Shown here: one piece after another, positions 40,833 to 50,891 of the stretch
Layout: each line of letters opens with the position of its first letter
Numbering within the stretch: position 1 is the stretch's first letter
Assembly (NCBI GenBank): GCA_963721805.1
Contig: CAVRJY010000001.1
Coordinates: 480,001-544,000 of the forward strand
DNA from: Nitrospirota bacterium
GTDB taxonomy: Bacteria > Nitrospirota > Thermodesulfovibrionia > Thermodesulfovibrionales > JdFR-86
DNA length: 64,000 bases
Direction of reading: 5' to 3'
Program-made: the position numbers and the translations under genes
The notes under the pieces: model-generated
Database searches by the model: none
What the model saw: only the letters and a program-made list of their open reading frames with translations
What the model was told of the DNA's origin: nothing

Positions 40833-42146
40833 ATGGCCAAGCTCGTCCTGCTGATATTCATAATCGTGCTCGGGGCGTTCGGTCTCCTGGCCGCCTACAA
40901 CCACGGCACCACGGACATAAACGTCCCTTTTGACAAGACCTACGAGGTCTCGAAGCCCGGCCTGATACTGATGTCCTCGGCGGTGGGCGCGCTGCTGATG
41001 TTCGTCATGTTCGTCGTGCGCGACACGCGGAGGTTCCTGCTCACCTACCAGTTCCAGCGCAACCGCAAGCGCGAGGAGCGCATAGACAACCGCTACTCCA
41101 AGGCCATGAACGCGATGCTTGCCGAGGACGAGGCCGAGGCGCGCGCCGCTTTAGAGGGCATACTCAAGGAGGACCCGGAGCACACCGGGGCGCTCCTGAG
41201 GCTCGGCGACCTGGAGCTCAGGCGCAAGGAGTACCAGGCCGCGCTCGAGTGCTACCGCAGGGCGCTTGCGATCTCCCCGCGGAGCCTCGAGGTGCTTTTC
41301 AGCATAGTGACCGCCAACGAGAAGCTCCACCGCACCGTCGACGCGATCCGGTATATCGAGGAGATCCTCGAGATAGACCCCGACAACCTCAACGCCCACC
41401 ACCGGAAGCGCTCGATCCTCGAGGCCCAGGGCCGGTGGGAAGACGTCATGGACCTTCAAAAGCAGATCGTCCGCTACGAGCACGACGGCCACCAGCGCTC
41501 GGTCGAGCAGGCCCTGCTTCTGGGCTACCGCTACGAGGTCAGCCGCGAGCACCTTGAGCGCGGCGACGTCGAGAAGGCGATGAAGGGCTTCAAGGCCATA
41601 CTCAAGGACGACAAGGACTTCATCCCGGCTTACCTGGGCGCGGCCGAGGGGCTGTTTCTGTCCGAGCCCGAGCCGGAGGAGGCCGTGGAGTTCCTGGAGA
41701 AGGGCTACGAGCAGACCTCGTCGCACATCATACTGGCTCGGCTCGAAGACATGCTGATAAACCTCGGCGAGCCCGCCCGGCTTATCAAGACATACAGGGC
41801 CGCCATAGCGCGCGACCCAAAAAACGACATGCTCAAGTTCTTCCTCGCGAAGCTCTACTACAGGCTCGAGATGATCGACGACGCCTTCTCGATCATGTCC
41901 GCGCTCGATATGCCGCAGCCGTTCCCGGAGTTCTCGACCCTGATGGGGCAGCTCCACCTCAGGCGCGGCCAGTGCGAGCGCGCCGTGGAGGAGTTCAAGA
42001 AGTCCCTCGACTTCAAACGCGCCATCCTGGTGCCCTACTGCTGCTCCGCCTGCGGCACCGTGGCGCAGGAGTGGTCCGGCCGCTGCGCCAACTGCGGCGG
42101 ATGGAACACCTACAAGTTCAAGTTCAATGTCTCCTGCAAGCTCTAG
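40833..42146 (+). CDS. LapA/LapB-like TPR protein with C-terminal rubredoxin-like motif
   Basis: Two N-terminal TM segments, TPRs, CSACG..W..RCANCGGW. Confidence 0.8.
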   Translation: MAKLVLLIFIIVLGAFGLLAAYNHGTTDINVPFDKTYEVSKPGLILMSSAVGALLMFVMFVVRDTRRFLLTYQFQRNRKREERIDNRYSKAMNAMLAEDEAEARAALEGILKEDPEHTGALLRLGDLELRRKEYQAALECYRRALAISPRSLEVLFSIVTANEKLHRTVDAIRYIEEILEIDPDNLNAHHRKRSILEAQGRWEDVMDLQKQIVRYEHDGHQRSVEQALLLGYRYEVSREHLERGDVEKAMKGFKAILKDDKDFIPAYLGAAEGLFLSEPEPEEAVEFLEKGYEQTSSHIILARLEDMLINLGEPARLIKTYRAAIARDPKNDMLKFFLAKLYYRLEMIDDAFSIMSALDMPQPFPEFSTLMGQLHLRRGQCERAVEEFKKSLDFKRAILVPYCCSACGTVAQEWSGRCANCGGWNTYKFKFNVSCKL

Positions 42147-42732
42147 CCGGCTGCGAGTCGTCCTGGACACGAGCCTCTTCGTCAACCCCGACGTGAGGGC
42201 CAGCCTTGGGGAGAACCCGACCGAGGCGATCACCAGGTTTCTGGAGCTCGCCTCGCGCATACCCTCGGTGGAGTTTTACATGCCCCCCTCCGTGTTTGAG
42301 GAACTCATGAACTTCGTCGAGCGCGGGCGGCTGCCCGCGGCGCTCCTGATCCACCTGATACAGAAGTCCCCGCAGCGGTACGAACTCATGACCCCGGCCG
42401 CGTTCATATACGAGCTCATCGAGGAGATCAGGGAGCGCATCAACCGCGGCCTGCGCGTGGCCGAGACCGCGGTGCGCGGCGCGGCCTTAAAGGGCGGCGT
42501 GGACGAGGTGATCAAGGACCTGCGGCGGAAGTACCGCGAGGCGCTCAGGGAGGGGATCATCGACAGCCGCGAGGACGTGGACCTGATCCTGCTCGCGCGC
42601 GAACTGGACGCCACGCTCGTAAGCGCCGACCAGGGGGCGGTGAAGTGGGCCGACAAGCTCGGCATCAAGTGGCTGCTGCCGGAGAAATTCAAGGAATACC
42701 TCGAGGCGCTGGAGCAGAGTCCCGCCGAATAG
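42127..42732 (+). CDS. RNA-free ribonuclease P (HARP, PIN-like)
   Basis: VLDTSLFVNP, FYMPPSV, RINRGLRVAE, LRRKYREALREGIIDSREDVDL, SADQG. Confidence 0.88.
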   Translation: MSPASSSRLRVVLDTSLFVNPDVRASLGENPTEAITRFLELASRIPSVEFYMPPSVFEELMNFVERGRLPAALLIHLIQKSPQRYELMTPAAFIYELIEEIRERINRGLRVAETAVRGAALKGGVDEVIKDLRRKYREALREGIIDSREDVDLILLARELDATLVSADQGAVKWADKLGIKWLLPEKFKEYLEALEQSPAE

Positions 42733-42878
42733 CGCTTCTAAGGCGGTGACGGTTTTCTCCCGGAGCGATGAGTCCATGGCGGTCGAGTGCCCTGGGTGAA
42801 GCGGAGGGGTGAACCTTATAAGCCGCCGTATCCCGCGATTTCAGTCTCTTGAGGCCGGAAGCAATCTCTTGACAGGCG

Positions 42879-43994
42879 CTATTTTGCGGGCTGCTTGTCT
42901 TTGGGACCTTTTGCCGTGGGGGTGTCGGCGGGTTTTTCGGCCGGATGCAGGGCCGGATCGTCGGGGTGTGCCTGCTTGTAGCGGTCCGAAAGGTACTGGA
43001 AGATCTGGACCCTTCCGTTTACGCTGTCCGCGACGTAGACCTTGTCGTTGTGGTCAACGAAGATGTCCTCCGGGATCCGGAACGTCCCGAGGCTGCTGCC
43101 GGTCGCGCCGACGAAGAGATAGACGAGGCCCTTGGAGTCGAATATCTGGAAATTGCCGAACGCGGCGTCCGTGATGAAGACATACCCGTCGTCGCTTATG
43201 GCGATGCCCTTCGGCCTGGCCACGCTCCCCGGGGTGTCGCCGTGCTGGCTGAATGCGCGCGAGGTCTTGCCGTCGGGGCTTATCACCTGTATCCTGAAGT
43301 TCATCGTGTCGACGACGTAGACGTTGCCGTCCTTATCCAGCGCGATGCCGGTCGGAAAATGGATCTGGCCTACATCGATGCCCCCTGAGGCGAGCTGTCC
43401 CACGTATTCGCCTTTATCGTCGAATATGAAAATCCCCTCCAGCTTCGAGTCGCTCACGTACATGAGCTTGCGCACCGGGTCGAGCGCCACCCCTACGGGG
43501 TTTCTAAGCTTGCCTTTCGCCGTAATGTACTTGAGCTTGGAGCTGTCCAGGTCGAAGATATATACCGAGCCGGCCCCGGCGTCCGCCACGGCGATCAGCC
43601 TGTTTGTGAGGTCGACCGCGATCGACATGGGGGTCTTCCAGCCGTATGGATGCGCCAGGAAGTCGAGCGTGTTTTTCTGCAGGTTGATGACAGCCACCTT
43701 ATGGAGCTGGATGTCGGAGACGTAGATGTTCCCCTTGTCGTCGGCTGCGATGCCGTGCGGCTTGGCGAACCTGAACGTGTAATCATCGCCGAACATGGCG
43801 TCGAAGTTGCTGTTGCTCGATACGTCGAGGTCAGTGGTGATGGTTTTGAGGAGCTTTATCTTCGCGGGCTCGGGGGGCTTCGGCCATACGTAGCCGGAGA
43901 GGTCCATCGGTTTGCGCGGGGCCGCGCAGCCGACGATCATCGCCGCGAGGATGGCAAGGCTTACAGCCAGGATGGATTTATTGAGCTTGTACAC
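42879..43994 (-). CDS. NHL-repeat beta-propeller lipoprotein
   Basis: Lipobox IVGC, VWPKPP, repeated P.GIA.D..YV.D. Confidence 0.88.
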   Translation of the reverse strand: MYKLNKSILAVSLAILAAMIVGCAAPRKPMDLSGYVWPKPPEPAKIKLLKTITTDLDVSSNSNFDAMFGDDYTFRFAKPHGIAADDKGNIYVSDIQLHKVAVINLQKNTLDFLAHPYGWKTPMSIAVDLTNRLIAVADAGAGSVYIFDLDSSKLKYITAKGKLRNPVGVALDPVRKLMYVSDSKLEGIFIFDDKGEYVGQLASGGIDVGQIHFPTGIALDKDGNVYVVDTMNFRIQVISPDGKTSRAFSQHGDTPGSVARPKGIAISDDGYVFITDAAFGNFQIFDSKGLVYLFVGATGSSLGTFRIPEDIFVDHNDKVYVADSVNGRVQIFQYLSDRYKQAHPDDPALHPAEKPADTPTAKGPKDKQPAK

Positions 43995-44103
43995 TGATCC
44001 ATTTTAATTAAACTTCCGCCCCCGAGTCAAGGCGGCCCAGGTGACGTCCGGCGCGATATGTGATATATTTATGTCATATACGTATATAAGGGGTGGGGGT
44101 GCG

Positions 44104-47100
44104 TTGAATTACTTAGGGCTTGATGCCGGCTCCGTAAGCGTAAAGGCCGTTGTGCTGGATCCCTCCGGAAGCAGGGTGAGGTCGACCTATGTCCTGCACA
44201 GGGGACATCCCCTGCCTGTGGCGCTCTCGGTGCTCAGGGAGTTCAGCTCCGCTTCAGAGTGCCTCGTGTCCGTCACAGGTTCCGCCGGGCGGCTCATATC
44301 CTCCGTGCTGGGGCTGGAGCCCATAAACGAGATCGTCGCCCAGTCCTATGCCGCGAGGCGGCTCTATCCCCACGTCCGCACCGTGATCGAGATGGGGGGC
44401 GAGGACTCGAAGCTCATCCTGCTTGGCGAGGCCGGGGTCAGGGACTTCGCGATGAACTCGGTCTGCGCCGCTGGCACCGGCTCGTTCCTGGACCAGCAGG
44501 CCGAGCGGCTCAGGCTCCGGGTGGAGGAGCTCGGCGAGCTCTCGCTTCAGTGCAAAAAGCCGCCCCGCATAGCCGGGCGGTGCAGCGTGTTCGCCAAAAG
44601 CGACATGATCCACCTCCAGCAGATCGCCACTCCGGTTCACGATATCGTGGCCGGGCTGTGCTTCGCGGTGGCCCGCAACTTCAAGGGCTCGATCGCGCGC
44701 GGCCGCACGGTCGCGGCTCCCGTGGCGTTTCAGGGCGGGGTCGCCGCCAATGTGGGCATGGTGCGCGCCTTCAGGGAGATATTCGGCCTCGAGGAGCTGT
44801 TCGTGCCCGAGGAGTTCGCGCTTACGGGCGCGATCGGCGCAGCGCTGAAGGGCATCGAGGAGGGCACCGCCCGCGCCATCGACCTCAGCGCTCTCGAGCG
44901 CTACATCGACGAAGGCCACACTGCGCGCGAGGGCCACGCGCCGCTGATATCCGTTGGCGACGGGTTTAAGGCCCGCCACCTCGACCCGGACCTTTCGGTC
45001 ATGCACCCGCCGAAGGCCGGTCAGCCTGACGCCTATATGGGCATAGATATCGGCTCGATCAGCACGAACCTCGCGGTGACAGACGCCGAAGGCCGCCTGC
45101 TCGCCAAGCGCTACCTGATGACCGCCGGCCGGCCGATCGAGGCCGTAAGCCGGGGACTCGCCGAGATAGCCGCCGAGGTTGGGGGCAAGGTCAATATCCG
45201 CGGCGTCGGCACCACGGGATCGGGCCGGTACATGATAGCGGACTACGTCGGGGCCGACATCGTCAAAAACGAGATCACCGCCCAGGCCACCGCGGCCGCG
45301 CACATCGACCCCACCGTGGATACGATCTTCGAGATCGGCGGGCAGGACTCGAAGTTCATATCGCTTAGAGACGGCGTGATCGTGGACTTCGAGATGAACA
45401 AGGCCTGCGCCGCAGGCACGGGATCGTTTTTGGAGGAGCAGGCCGAGAAGCTCGGCATCTCGATCAAGGGCGAGTTTCAGGACGCCGCGTTTTCATCGGA
45501 TAACCCCTGCAAGCTCGGCGAGCGCTGCACCGTGTTCATGGAAAACTCGCTGATGGCTAATCTCCAAACCGGCACCGCGACCCCGGACCTCCTGGCCGGG
45601 CTTTCGTACTCAATCGTCCAAAACTACATAAACCGCGTAGTCGCCGGCCGCGCGATAGGCAAGCGGATCTTCTTTCAGGGCGGCGTCGCGTTTAACAAAT
45701 CCGTGGTCGCCGCGTTCGAGAAATACACCGGAGAGACCGTCACCGTCCCGCCGAACCACGACGTCACCGGCGCGATAGGCATGGCGCTCATCGCCCAGCG
45801 CAACGCGCGGGACAACTCTGCCGGGCGCTCTTCGTTTAAGGGCTTCGAGTACTCGAGCCGCCCCTATACGGTCTCGTCGTTTGAGTGCCGGGGCTGCGAG
45901 AACCTCTGCGAGATCAACCGCGTGCAGGTCGAGGGACACCAGGAAAAGCTGTTCTACGGCGGCAGGTGCGAGAAATACGACATCCGCAAGAAACGCGCCT
46001 CCGGGCCCCCGGACCTCTTCGCGTTCAGGGAAGAGCTGATGGCCTCGTATGTCAGGCCGCCCAAAGGGTCCCGGCCCACGGTCGGAGTCCCGCGCATATT
46101 CTATTTCGAGGAGATGCTGCCCTATTGGGCCACGCTGCTTGAGGAGCTTGGGTTTGATGCGGTACTTTCGCCGCACACGAACCGCAGCGTGGTGGACCTC
46201 GGGCTCGAGACCGTGCTCTCGGAGGCCTGTTTCCCGGTGAAGGTCGCGCTCGGGCATGTCCGGCAGCTCAAGAACTCCGGGGTCGATGCGGTCATTCTGC
46301 CGAGCTTCATCAACATGAATACCGCGAGCGAGGAGTTCGCAAGCGGCCAGGCCTGCCCGCACACCCAGACTATCCCCTATGTCGCGCGCACGGCGGTCGA
46401 GGGGCTGCGCACGGTCACCCCGGTGGTCGATGTCGCGCGCGGCCAGGAATACATGATCAGGGAACTCGGCCGGGCGTTTAGAGAGGCCGGGCTCGGGCGC
46501 GGCAAAGGGGCGATAAAACGCGCCGTGACCGCGGCCGAACGCTCGCAGGAAGCCTTCAGGCAGGCGCTGCTCGAGCGCGGGCGGATCGCGCTTGAATCGC
46601 TTGCCGGCCGCGCGGTGGTCGTGATCGGCCGGGCGTATAACGCGCTGGACCGCGGGATGAACCTCGGCGTGCCGGAGAAGCTCGCGACACTCGGGGTGCT
46701 CTCGATCCCGATGGACATGCTCCCGATAGACGATATCCGCCTCAGCGACGACTGGCCTGACATGTACTGGAGGTCGGGGCAGCGCGTGCTGCGCGCCGCG
46801 CGGTTCGTGGCGGGCCACGAGCACCTCTATCCGATCTTCATCGGCAGCTTCCTGTGCGGCCCGGACTCTTTCATACTCAAGTATTTCGCCAGGGAGCTGA
46901 TGGACAAACCGTACCTGCACCTCGAGATCGACGAGCACAGCGCCGACGCAGGTGCGATCACGCGCTGCGAGGCCTTCCTCGACAGCATCGACGGACAGAG
47001 GCGGGCCGCTCCAAAGCCGGTTGCCGTATTGCCTGTCAGGAGAGGGGCCGAGCCCTCGGGCATCGGCGGCAGGACGATCTATATCCCCAATATGTCAGAC

Positions 47101-48273
47101 CACGCCTGGGCGCTCGCCGCCGCGTTCGAACGCGCCGGGGGCCGCGCCGAGGTCCTGCCCGAGAGCGACAGCCGCTCGGTCGAGTTGGGCATGCGGCACG
47201 TCTCCGGCAAGGAGTGCTATCCCTGCGCGGTGACTACAGGCGATATGGTGCGGGCCGCAACCGACCCGGGATTCAGGCCCGAGCAGTCAGCGTTTTTCAT
47301 GCCGTCCGGCTCCGGGCCGTGCAGGTTCGGGCAGTATAACGTATTTCACAAGCAGGTGCTCGAATCGATAGGGATGGCGGACGTCCCGGTCTTCGCCCCC
47401 GTGCAGGACGATACCCTCTATGCCACGCTCGGCGTCATCGGCAAGGACTTCGTAAAGCACTCCTGGCATGGCATCGTGGCCATGGAGCTCCTGGGCAAAT
47501 GCCTGCGCGAGACACGCCCGTACGAACGCGAAACCGGAGCGTCCGACGCACTCTATGGGGATTACTTAAAGCGGCTGTATGCGGCCCTGCGCTCAGGCCG
47601 GGGCGGCGTCGAAGGCGTGCTCAGAGACATGAGGCGCGATTTCGTCGCGGTGCCGCGCACGGGCGAGCCCCGCCCCCTGATCGGCGTGATCGGCGAGATA
47701 TTCGTCCGCAGCAACCGGTTCTCCAACGAGGACCTGGTCAGAAAGATCGAGAGCTTGGGCGGCGAGGCATGGCTTTCGCCGGTCGAGGAGTGGATTTATT
47801 ACATAAATCAGATGGCGATGCGGCAGGCCTTGATAAAGCGGGACGTCTCTGTTATCATAGACACTTTCGTGAAAAGGAAGTACAAGCATTACGTCGAGCG
47901 CCGTTACAGCGGCGCGTTCGAGGGGTTCTTAAGGACGCTCCACGAGCCGGGTACGGGGGACATTCTCAGAAAGGCCGCCCCCTATGTCCACGATTCCTTC
48001 GAGGGCGAGACCGTGCTGAGCATCGGCAAGGCCGTCGACCTCTGCGAGCGCGGGGCCTCGGGGATCGTAAACGCGATGCCCTTCGGGTGCATGCCGGGCA
48101 CTATAGTGACCGCCCTGATGAGGGGCATAAGCAGGCGCTACGGCATCCCGTCGATAAGCGTGCCGTACGACGGAACAGCGTCTCCGGCCAACGCCATCGT
48201 GCTGGAGGCGTTCATGGACCAGGCGAAGGGCATGAAAAAAAGCTCAACCGCGCGGGAGACGGTCCCGCGTTAA
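44104..48273 (+). CDS. 2-hydroxyacyl-CoA dehydratase activase-like protein (two BadF/BcrAD ATPase domains + DUF2229-type domains)
   Basis: Duplicated GxDxGS, GGEDSK/GGQDSK, CAAGTGSFL; CFPVK, CGPD, PFGCMP. Confidence 0.9.
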   Translation: MNYLGLDAGSVSVKAVVLDPSGSRVRSTYVLHRGHPLPVALSVLREFSSASECLVSVTGSAGRLISSVLGLEPINEIVAQSYAARRLYPHVRTVIEMGGEDSKLILLGEAGVRDFAMNSVCAAGTGSFLDQQAERLRLRVEELGELSLQCKKPPRIAGRCSVFAKSDMIHLQQIATPVHDIVAGLCFAVARNFKGSIARGRTVAAPVAFQGGVAANVGMVRAFREIFGLEELFVPEEFALTGAIGAALKGIEEGTARAIDLSALERYIDEGHTAREGHAPLISVGDGFKARHLDPDLSVMHPPKAGQPDAYMGIDIGSISTNLAVTDAEGRLLAKRYLMTAGRPIEAVSRGLAEIAAEVGGKVNIRGVGTTGSGRYMIADYVGADIVKNEITAQATAAAHIDPTVDTIFEIGGQDSKFISLRDGVIVDFEMNKACAAGTGSFLEEQAEKLGISIKGEFQDAAFSSDNPCKLGERCTVFMENSLMANLQTGTATPDLLAGLSYSIVQNYINRVVAGRAIGKRIFFQGGVAFNKSVVAAFEKYTGETVTVPPNHDVTGAIGMALIAQRNARDNSAGRSSFKGFEYSSRPYTVSSFECRGCENLCEINRVQVEGHQEKLFYGGRCEKYDIRKKRASGPPDLFAFREELMASYVRPPKGSRPTVGVPRIFYFEEMLPYWATLLEELGFDAVLSPHTNRSVVDLGLETVLSEACFPVKVALGHVRQLKNSGVDAVILPSFINMNTASEEFASGQACPHTQTIPYVARTAVEGLRTVTPVVDVARGQEYMIRELGRAFREAGLGRGKGAIKRAVTAAERSQEAFRQALLERGRIALESLAGRAVVVIGRAYNALDRGMNLGVPEKLATLGVLSIPMDMLPIDDIRLSDDWPDMYWRSGQRVLRAARFVAGHEHLYPIFIGSFLCGPDSFILKYFARELMDKPYLHLEIDEHSADAGAITRCEAFLDSIDGQRRAAPKPVAVLPVRRGAEPSGIGGRTIYIPNMSDHAWALAAAFERAGGRAEVLPESDSRSVELGMRHVSGKECYPCAVTTGDMVRAATDPGFRPEQSAFFMPSGSGPCRFGQYNVFHKQVLESIGMADVPVFAPVQDDTLYATLGVIGKDFVKHSWHGIVAMELLGKCLRETRPYERETGASDALYGDYLKRLYAALRSGRGGVEGVLRDMRRDFVAVPRTGEPRPLIGVIGEIFVRSNRFSNEDLVRKIESLGGEAWLSPVEEWIYYINQMAMRQALIKRDVSVIIDTFVKRKYKHYVERRYSGAFEGFLRTLHEPGTGDILRKAAPYVHDSFEGETVLSIGKAVDLCERGASGIVNAMPFGCMPGTIVTALMRGISRRYGIPSISVPYDGTASPANAIVLEAFMDQAKGMKKSSTARETVPR

Positions 48274-48297
48274 TCAATATTGCGAGGAGGTGATCTG

Positions 48298-48393
48298 GTG
48301 GGTAGTGTCGTAAAGTGGCGCAAGAAGAAGATGAGCAAGCACAAGCACCGCAAGCTCAGGAAGAAGATGAAGTTCTCCCGCAGGAACAAGTAG
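48298..48393 (+). CDS. Small basic protein, bS22/AURKAIP1-COX24 family (31 aa); absent from the ORF track
   Basis: MGSVVKWRKKKMSKHKHRKLRKKMKFSRRNK; strong SD GAGGAGGTGA. Confidence 0.88.
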   Translation: MGSVVKWRKKKMSKHKHRKLRKKMKFSRRNK

Positions 48394-48544
48394 CGCGCTC
48401 AAGCACCCCGGGCAGCCCGTCGGCCCCATTGCAGCCGATGGCAAAAAGATTTTAGAGAACCGCCCGGTCTGGCCAGCCGATTACTCGTACCTCTCAAGTG
48501 AAAAGCCTTATATCAGGGAAGGGACAGTTGCGCCCGGAGCTTTT

Positions 48545-49294
48545 TTAAGGCAGCCTGCCGACCATGACGCCCACAAAGGGCATCCCGGCCGCGTAGTCCG
48601 CGAAAACCACCTTCTTGACCTCGCCCCCGGAGCCCTTCGAACCCGAGGCATGGATCATATAGGCCACGCCTCCCTCGCGCTTGATGATCCCGATATGGCC
48701 GACTATCTCCCCTGCCTTGCGCCTCGAGGCGTCCTTGACGAAATATATGATGTCCCCGTCCCTGAGTTTGGGGATGATCTTTGGAATGCTGGCTGACATG
48801 ATGACCGGGACGGTCTTAATCCCGCGGCTGCCCTTGTATCCTACAAACGGCGCGCCGAGGGCGGTCGTGATATCTTCGCCCCACCTGCCGCTTCTGAGCA
48901 TGTCCTCGCCGTACTGGAACCGTTCCGCGTAATTGAGCACCTTGCCTTGAGGGTCGAGGCGGCCCTGTCCGGGAAACCTCATCCGAAGCGCGGCGTTTAC
49001 GGCCCCGGCCGGGGAATCCGAGAGCGCGAGCTCCGCGGCCCTGAACGTCAGGTACATGCAGTCCACGTGGTCGTCCGCCACTATCGCATTGCGGGTTACG
49101 TATGCGCCCATGGGGTCGGTGTCATAGGGGGTGCCGATGAACTCTCCGGCCCAGTATGCGATCCGTTGATTTAGAGGGGAGTTGCTCATCGCGGCCTGCC
49201 GGGCCTGGATATCGGCGTCGGGCATGAAGGCTTGGGCCAGGGCCGGGGTGATGAGGATGAGGGATATGAGTGCGGTAATCCTTAACTTTCTCAC
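48545..49294 (-). CDS. Exported NlpC/P60-like (DUF1460-like) putative amidase
   Basis: Signal peptide, FIGTPY, VDCM, GDIIYF, HIGI, IHAS. Confidence 0.75.
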   Translation of the reverse strand: MRKLRITALISLILITPALAQAFMPDADIQARQAAMSNSPLNQRIAYWAGEFIGTPYDTDPMGAYVTRNAIVADDHVDCMYLTFRAAELALSDSPAGAVNAALRMRFPGQGRLDPQGKVLNYAERFQYGEDMLRSGRWGEDITTALGAPFVGYKGSRGIKTVPVIMSASIPKIIPKLRDGDIIYFVKDASRRKAGEIVGHIGIIKREGGVAYMIHASGSKGSGGEVKKVVFADYAAGMPFVGVMVGRLP

Positions 49295-49372
49295 TTTTTT
49301 AATATAACCCGGCCGCGTGTTATAATACCAGAGGCTTATTAACGTCAAATAACGGCAAGGAGCGAACAAAAA

Positions 49373-49678
49373 ATGAAGCGGATTTTTACGGTATTGGCAC
49401 TGGCGGCATGCGCGTTAATGCTCACGGTCTCGATGGCATTCGCGGTTGACAGCAACAACCTCAGCGGCAAGGTCCTTGACACGGTCAACAGCGGCGGCTA
49501 CACCTATGCCCAGATCGACGTCAAGGGCGAGAAGGTCTGGGTCGCGGTCCCCGAGGCCAAGGTTACGAAGGGCAAGGTCGCGTCGTTTCAGCCCGGCATG
49601 CCTATGAAGAACTTCAAGAGCAAAACTCTAAATCGCACGTTCCCCGTGATCTATTTCTCGGGCGGCCTCGCCAAGTAG
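49373..49678 (+). CDS. Periplasmic OB-fold-like protein
   Basis: Signal peptide, GKVLDT..GGYTY..WVAVP, FKSKTLNRTF. Confidence 0.75.
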   Translation: MKRIFTVLALAACALMLTVSMAFAVDSNNLSGKVLDTVNSGGYTYAQIDVKGEKVWVAVPEAKVTKGKVASFQPGMPMKNFKSKTLNRTFPVIYFSGGLAK

Positions 49679-49705
49679 GCAGCGCCCGCAACTGCCGCGC
49701 CTGAT

Positions 49706-49737
49706 ACATCCCCCCTGTCCGCAGGGGGGATGTTTTT
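49706..49737 (+). terminator. Intrinsic terminator
   Basis: ACATCCCCCCTG-loop-CAGGGGGGATGT followed by a T tract. Confidence 0.8.
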
Positions 49738-49758
49738 ATCCGCGGTCAGGCCTCTATC

Positions 49759-50172
49759 TTACTGCACGACCTCTATCTTGCCCTCCATGCCCTTCTCGCG
49801 GTGGCTCTCGAAGAACAGGAGCTTCTTGTCGCAATAAAACGGGTAGGTGCCGGTCTTGGTCGGCGTGAACTTGATGACCGAGCCATCCGACGAGATCGCC
49901 TCCTTGAACTTCATCCCGGCCTCGGGCGACTCCATCATTATATCGTGCGGCACAAAGCCCTTGGTCTTCTTCACGTGGAGCTCGACCGGGACGTTCACCT
50001 TCACGATTATGCGGTCGGGGTCGAAGAAGTACTCCCCGCCGAGTACGTCCACGACCTGTACGCCCTGGGCGTTGACAGAGGCGGTAACGGTCTTTTCCTC
50101 ATGCGTGCCGGCTGCGTAGGCCACCCCGGCAAGGCAGGCGGCGGCGATAAGCGCTATCAGGACTTTCTTCAT
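49759..50172 (-). CDS. Cupredoxin-domain periplasmic protein
   Basis: PHD, GTYPFYC..H..GMEG. Confidence 0.85.
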   Translation of the reverse strand: MKKVLIALIAAACLAGVAYAAGTHEEKTVTASVNAQGVQVVDVLGGEYFFDPDRIIVKVNVPVELHVKKTKGFVPHDIMMESPEAGMKFKEAISSDGSVIKFTPTKTGTYPFYCDKKLLFFESHREKGMEGKIEVVQ

Positions 50173-50216
50173 CTGTTGATCCTCCTATGGGTGTAATACC
50201 CACATTATCCCGCACG

Positions 50217-50374
50217 CCGGGGCTATGCGCAAGCGATAATATCGAGCTATACTAAGCGTATGAAGGTCATAGCCCTAAACGGCAGCCCGCGCACCGGGGC
50301 TATGCGCAAGCGATAATATCGAGCTATACTAAGCGTATGAAGGTCATAGCCCTAAACGGCAGCCCGCGCACCGG
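50217..50374 (+). repeat. Exact 77-bp tandem duplication bounded by CCGG
   Basis: 50217-50293 equals 50294-50370, followed by a third CCGG. Confidence 0.95.
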
Positions 50375-50891
50375 CGGCAACACCGAGCTGCTCCTCGACG
50401 CCGCGATAGAGGGCGCGGGGGGCGCTGTCACCGTATTCAGGCTCAACGATATGAATATCAGGGCCTGCCAGAACTGCGGCGGCTGCGACAAGACCGGCAT
50501 CTGCGTGATGCGCGACGACATGGACGCGATATACGACGCCATACGCACGGCAGACCGCATTATACTCGCAAGCCCGATCTACTTCATGGCGCTCTCGGCC
50601 CAGATAAAGGCGATGATGGACCGCTGCCAGGCGCTCTGGTGCGAGAAGTACCTCCTCGGTCGCAAGTCCGTGAAGGACGGCTGCCGGGGGCTGCTGCTGG
50701 TGGTCGGCGGGCTTAAGCGCGAATCGGGGATCAGGTGCTGCGAGACCTCGGCGACCGCGTTTTTCCGCTCTATCGGGGTCGAAAAGCACGAGTCCCTCGG
50801 CTTCGTCGGCATAGACGGGAAGGGCGATATACTCACGCACCCCACCGCACTTGGTGAGGCCCGCGCAAAGGGCGCGGCGCTCGTCGGCTAG
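50337..50891 (+). CDS. Flavodoxin family / iron-sulfur flavoprotein
   Basis: NGSPRTGGNT, CQNCGGC..C, ASPIYF. Confidence 0.9.
   Translation: MKVIALNGSPRTGGNTELLLDAAIEGAGGAVTVFRLNDMNIRACQNCGGCDKTGICVMRDDMDAIYDAIRTADRIILASPIYFMALSAQIKAMMDRCQALWCEKYLLGRKSVKDGCRGLLLVVGGLKRESGIRCCETSATAFFRSIGVEKHESLGFVGIDGKGDILTHPTALGEARAKGAALVG

Noticed and set aside
42733..42878. Intergenic segment after HARP as a tRNA or ncRNA
   Set aside because: Some complementarity, but no tRNA cloverleaf, T-loop or other recognisable family motif.
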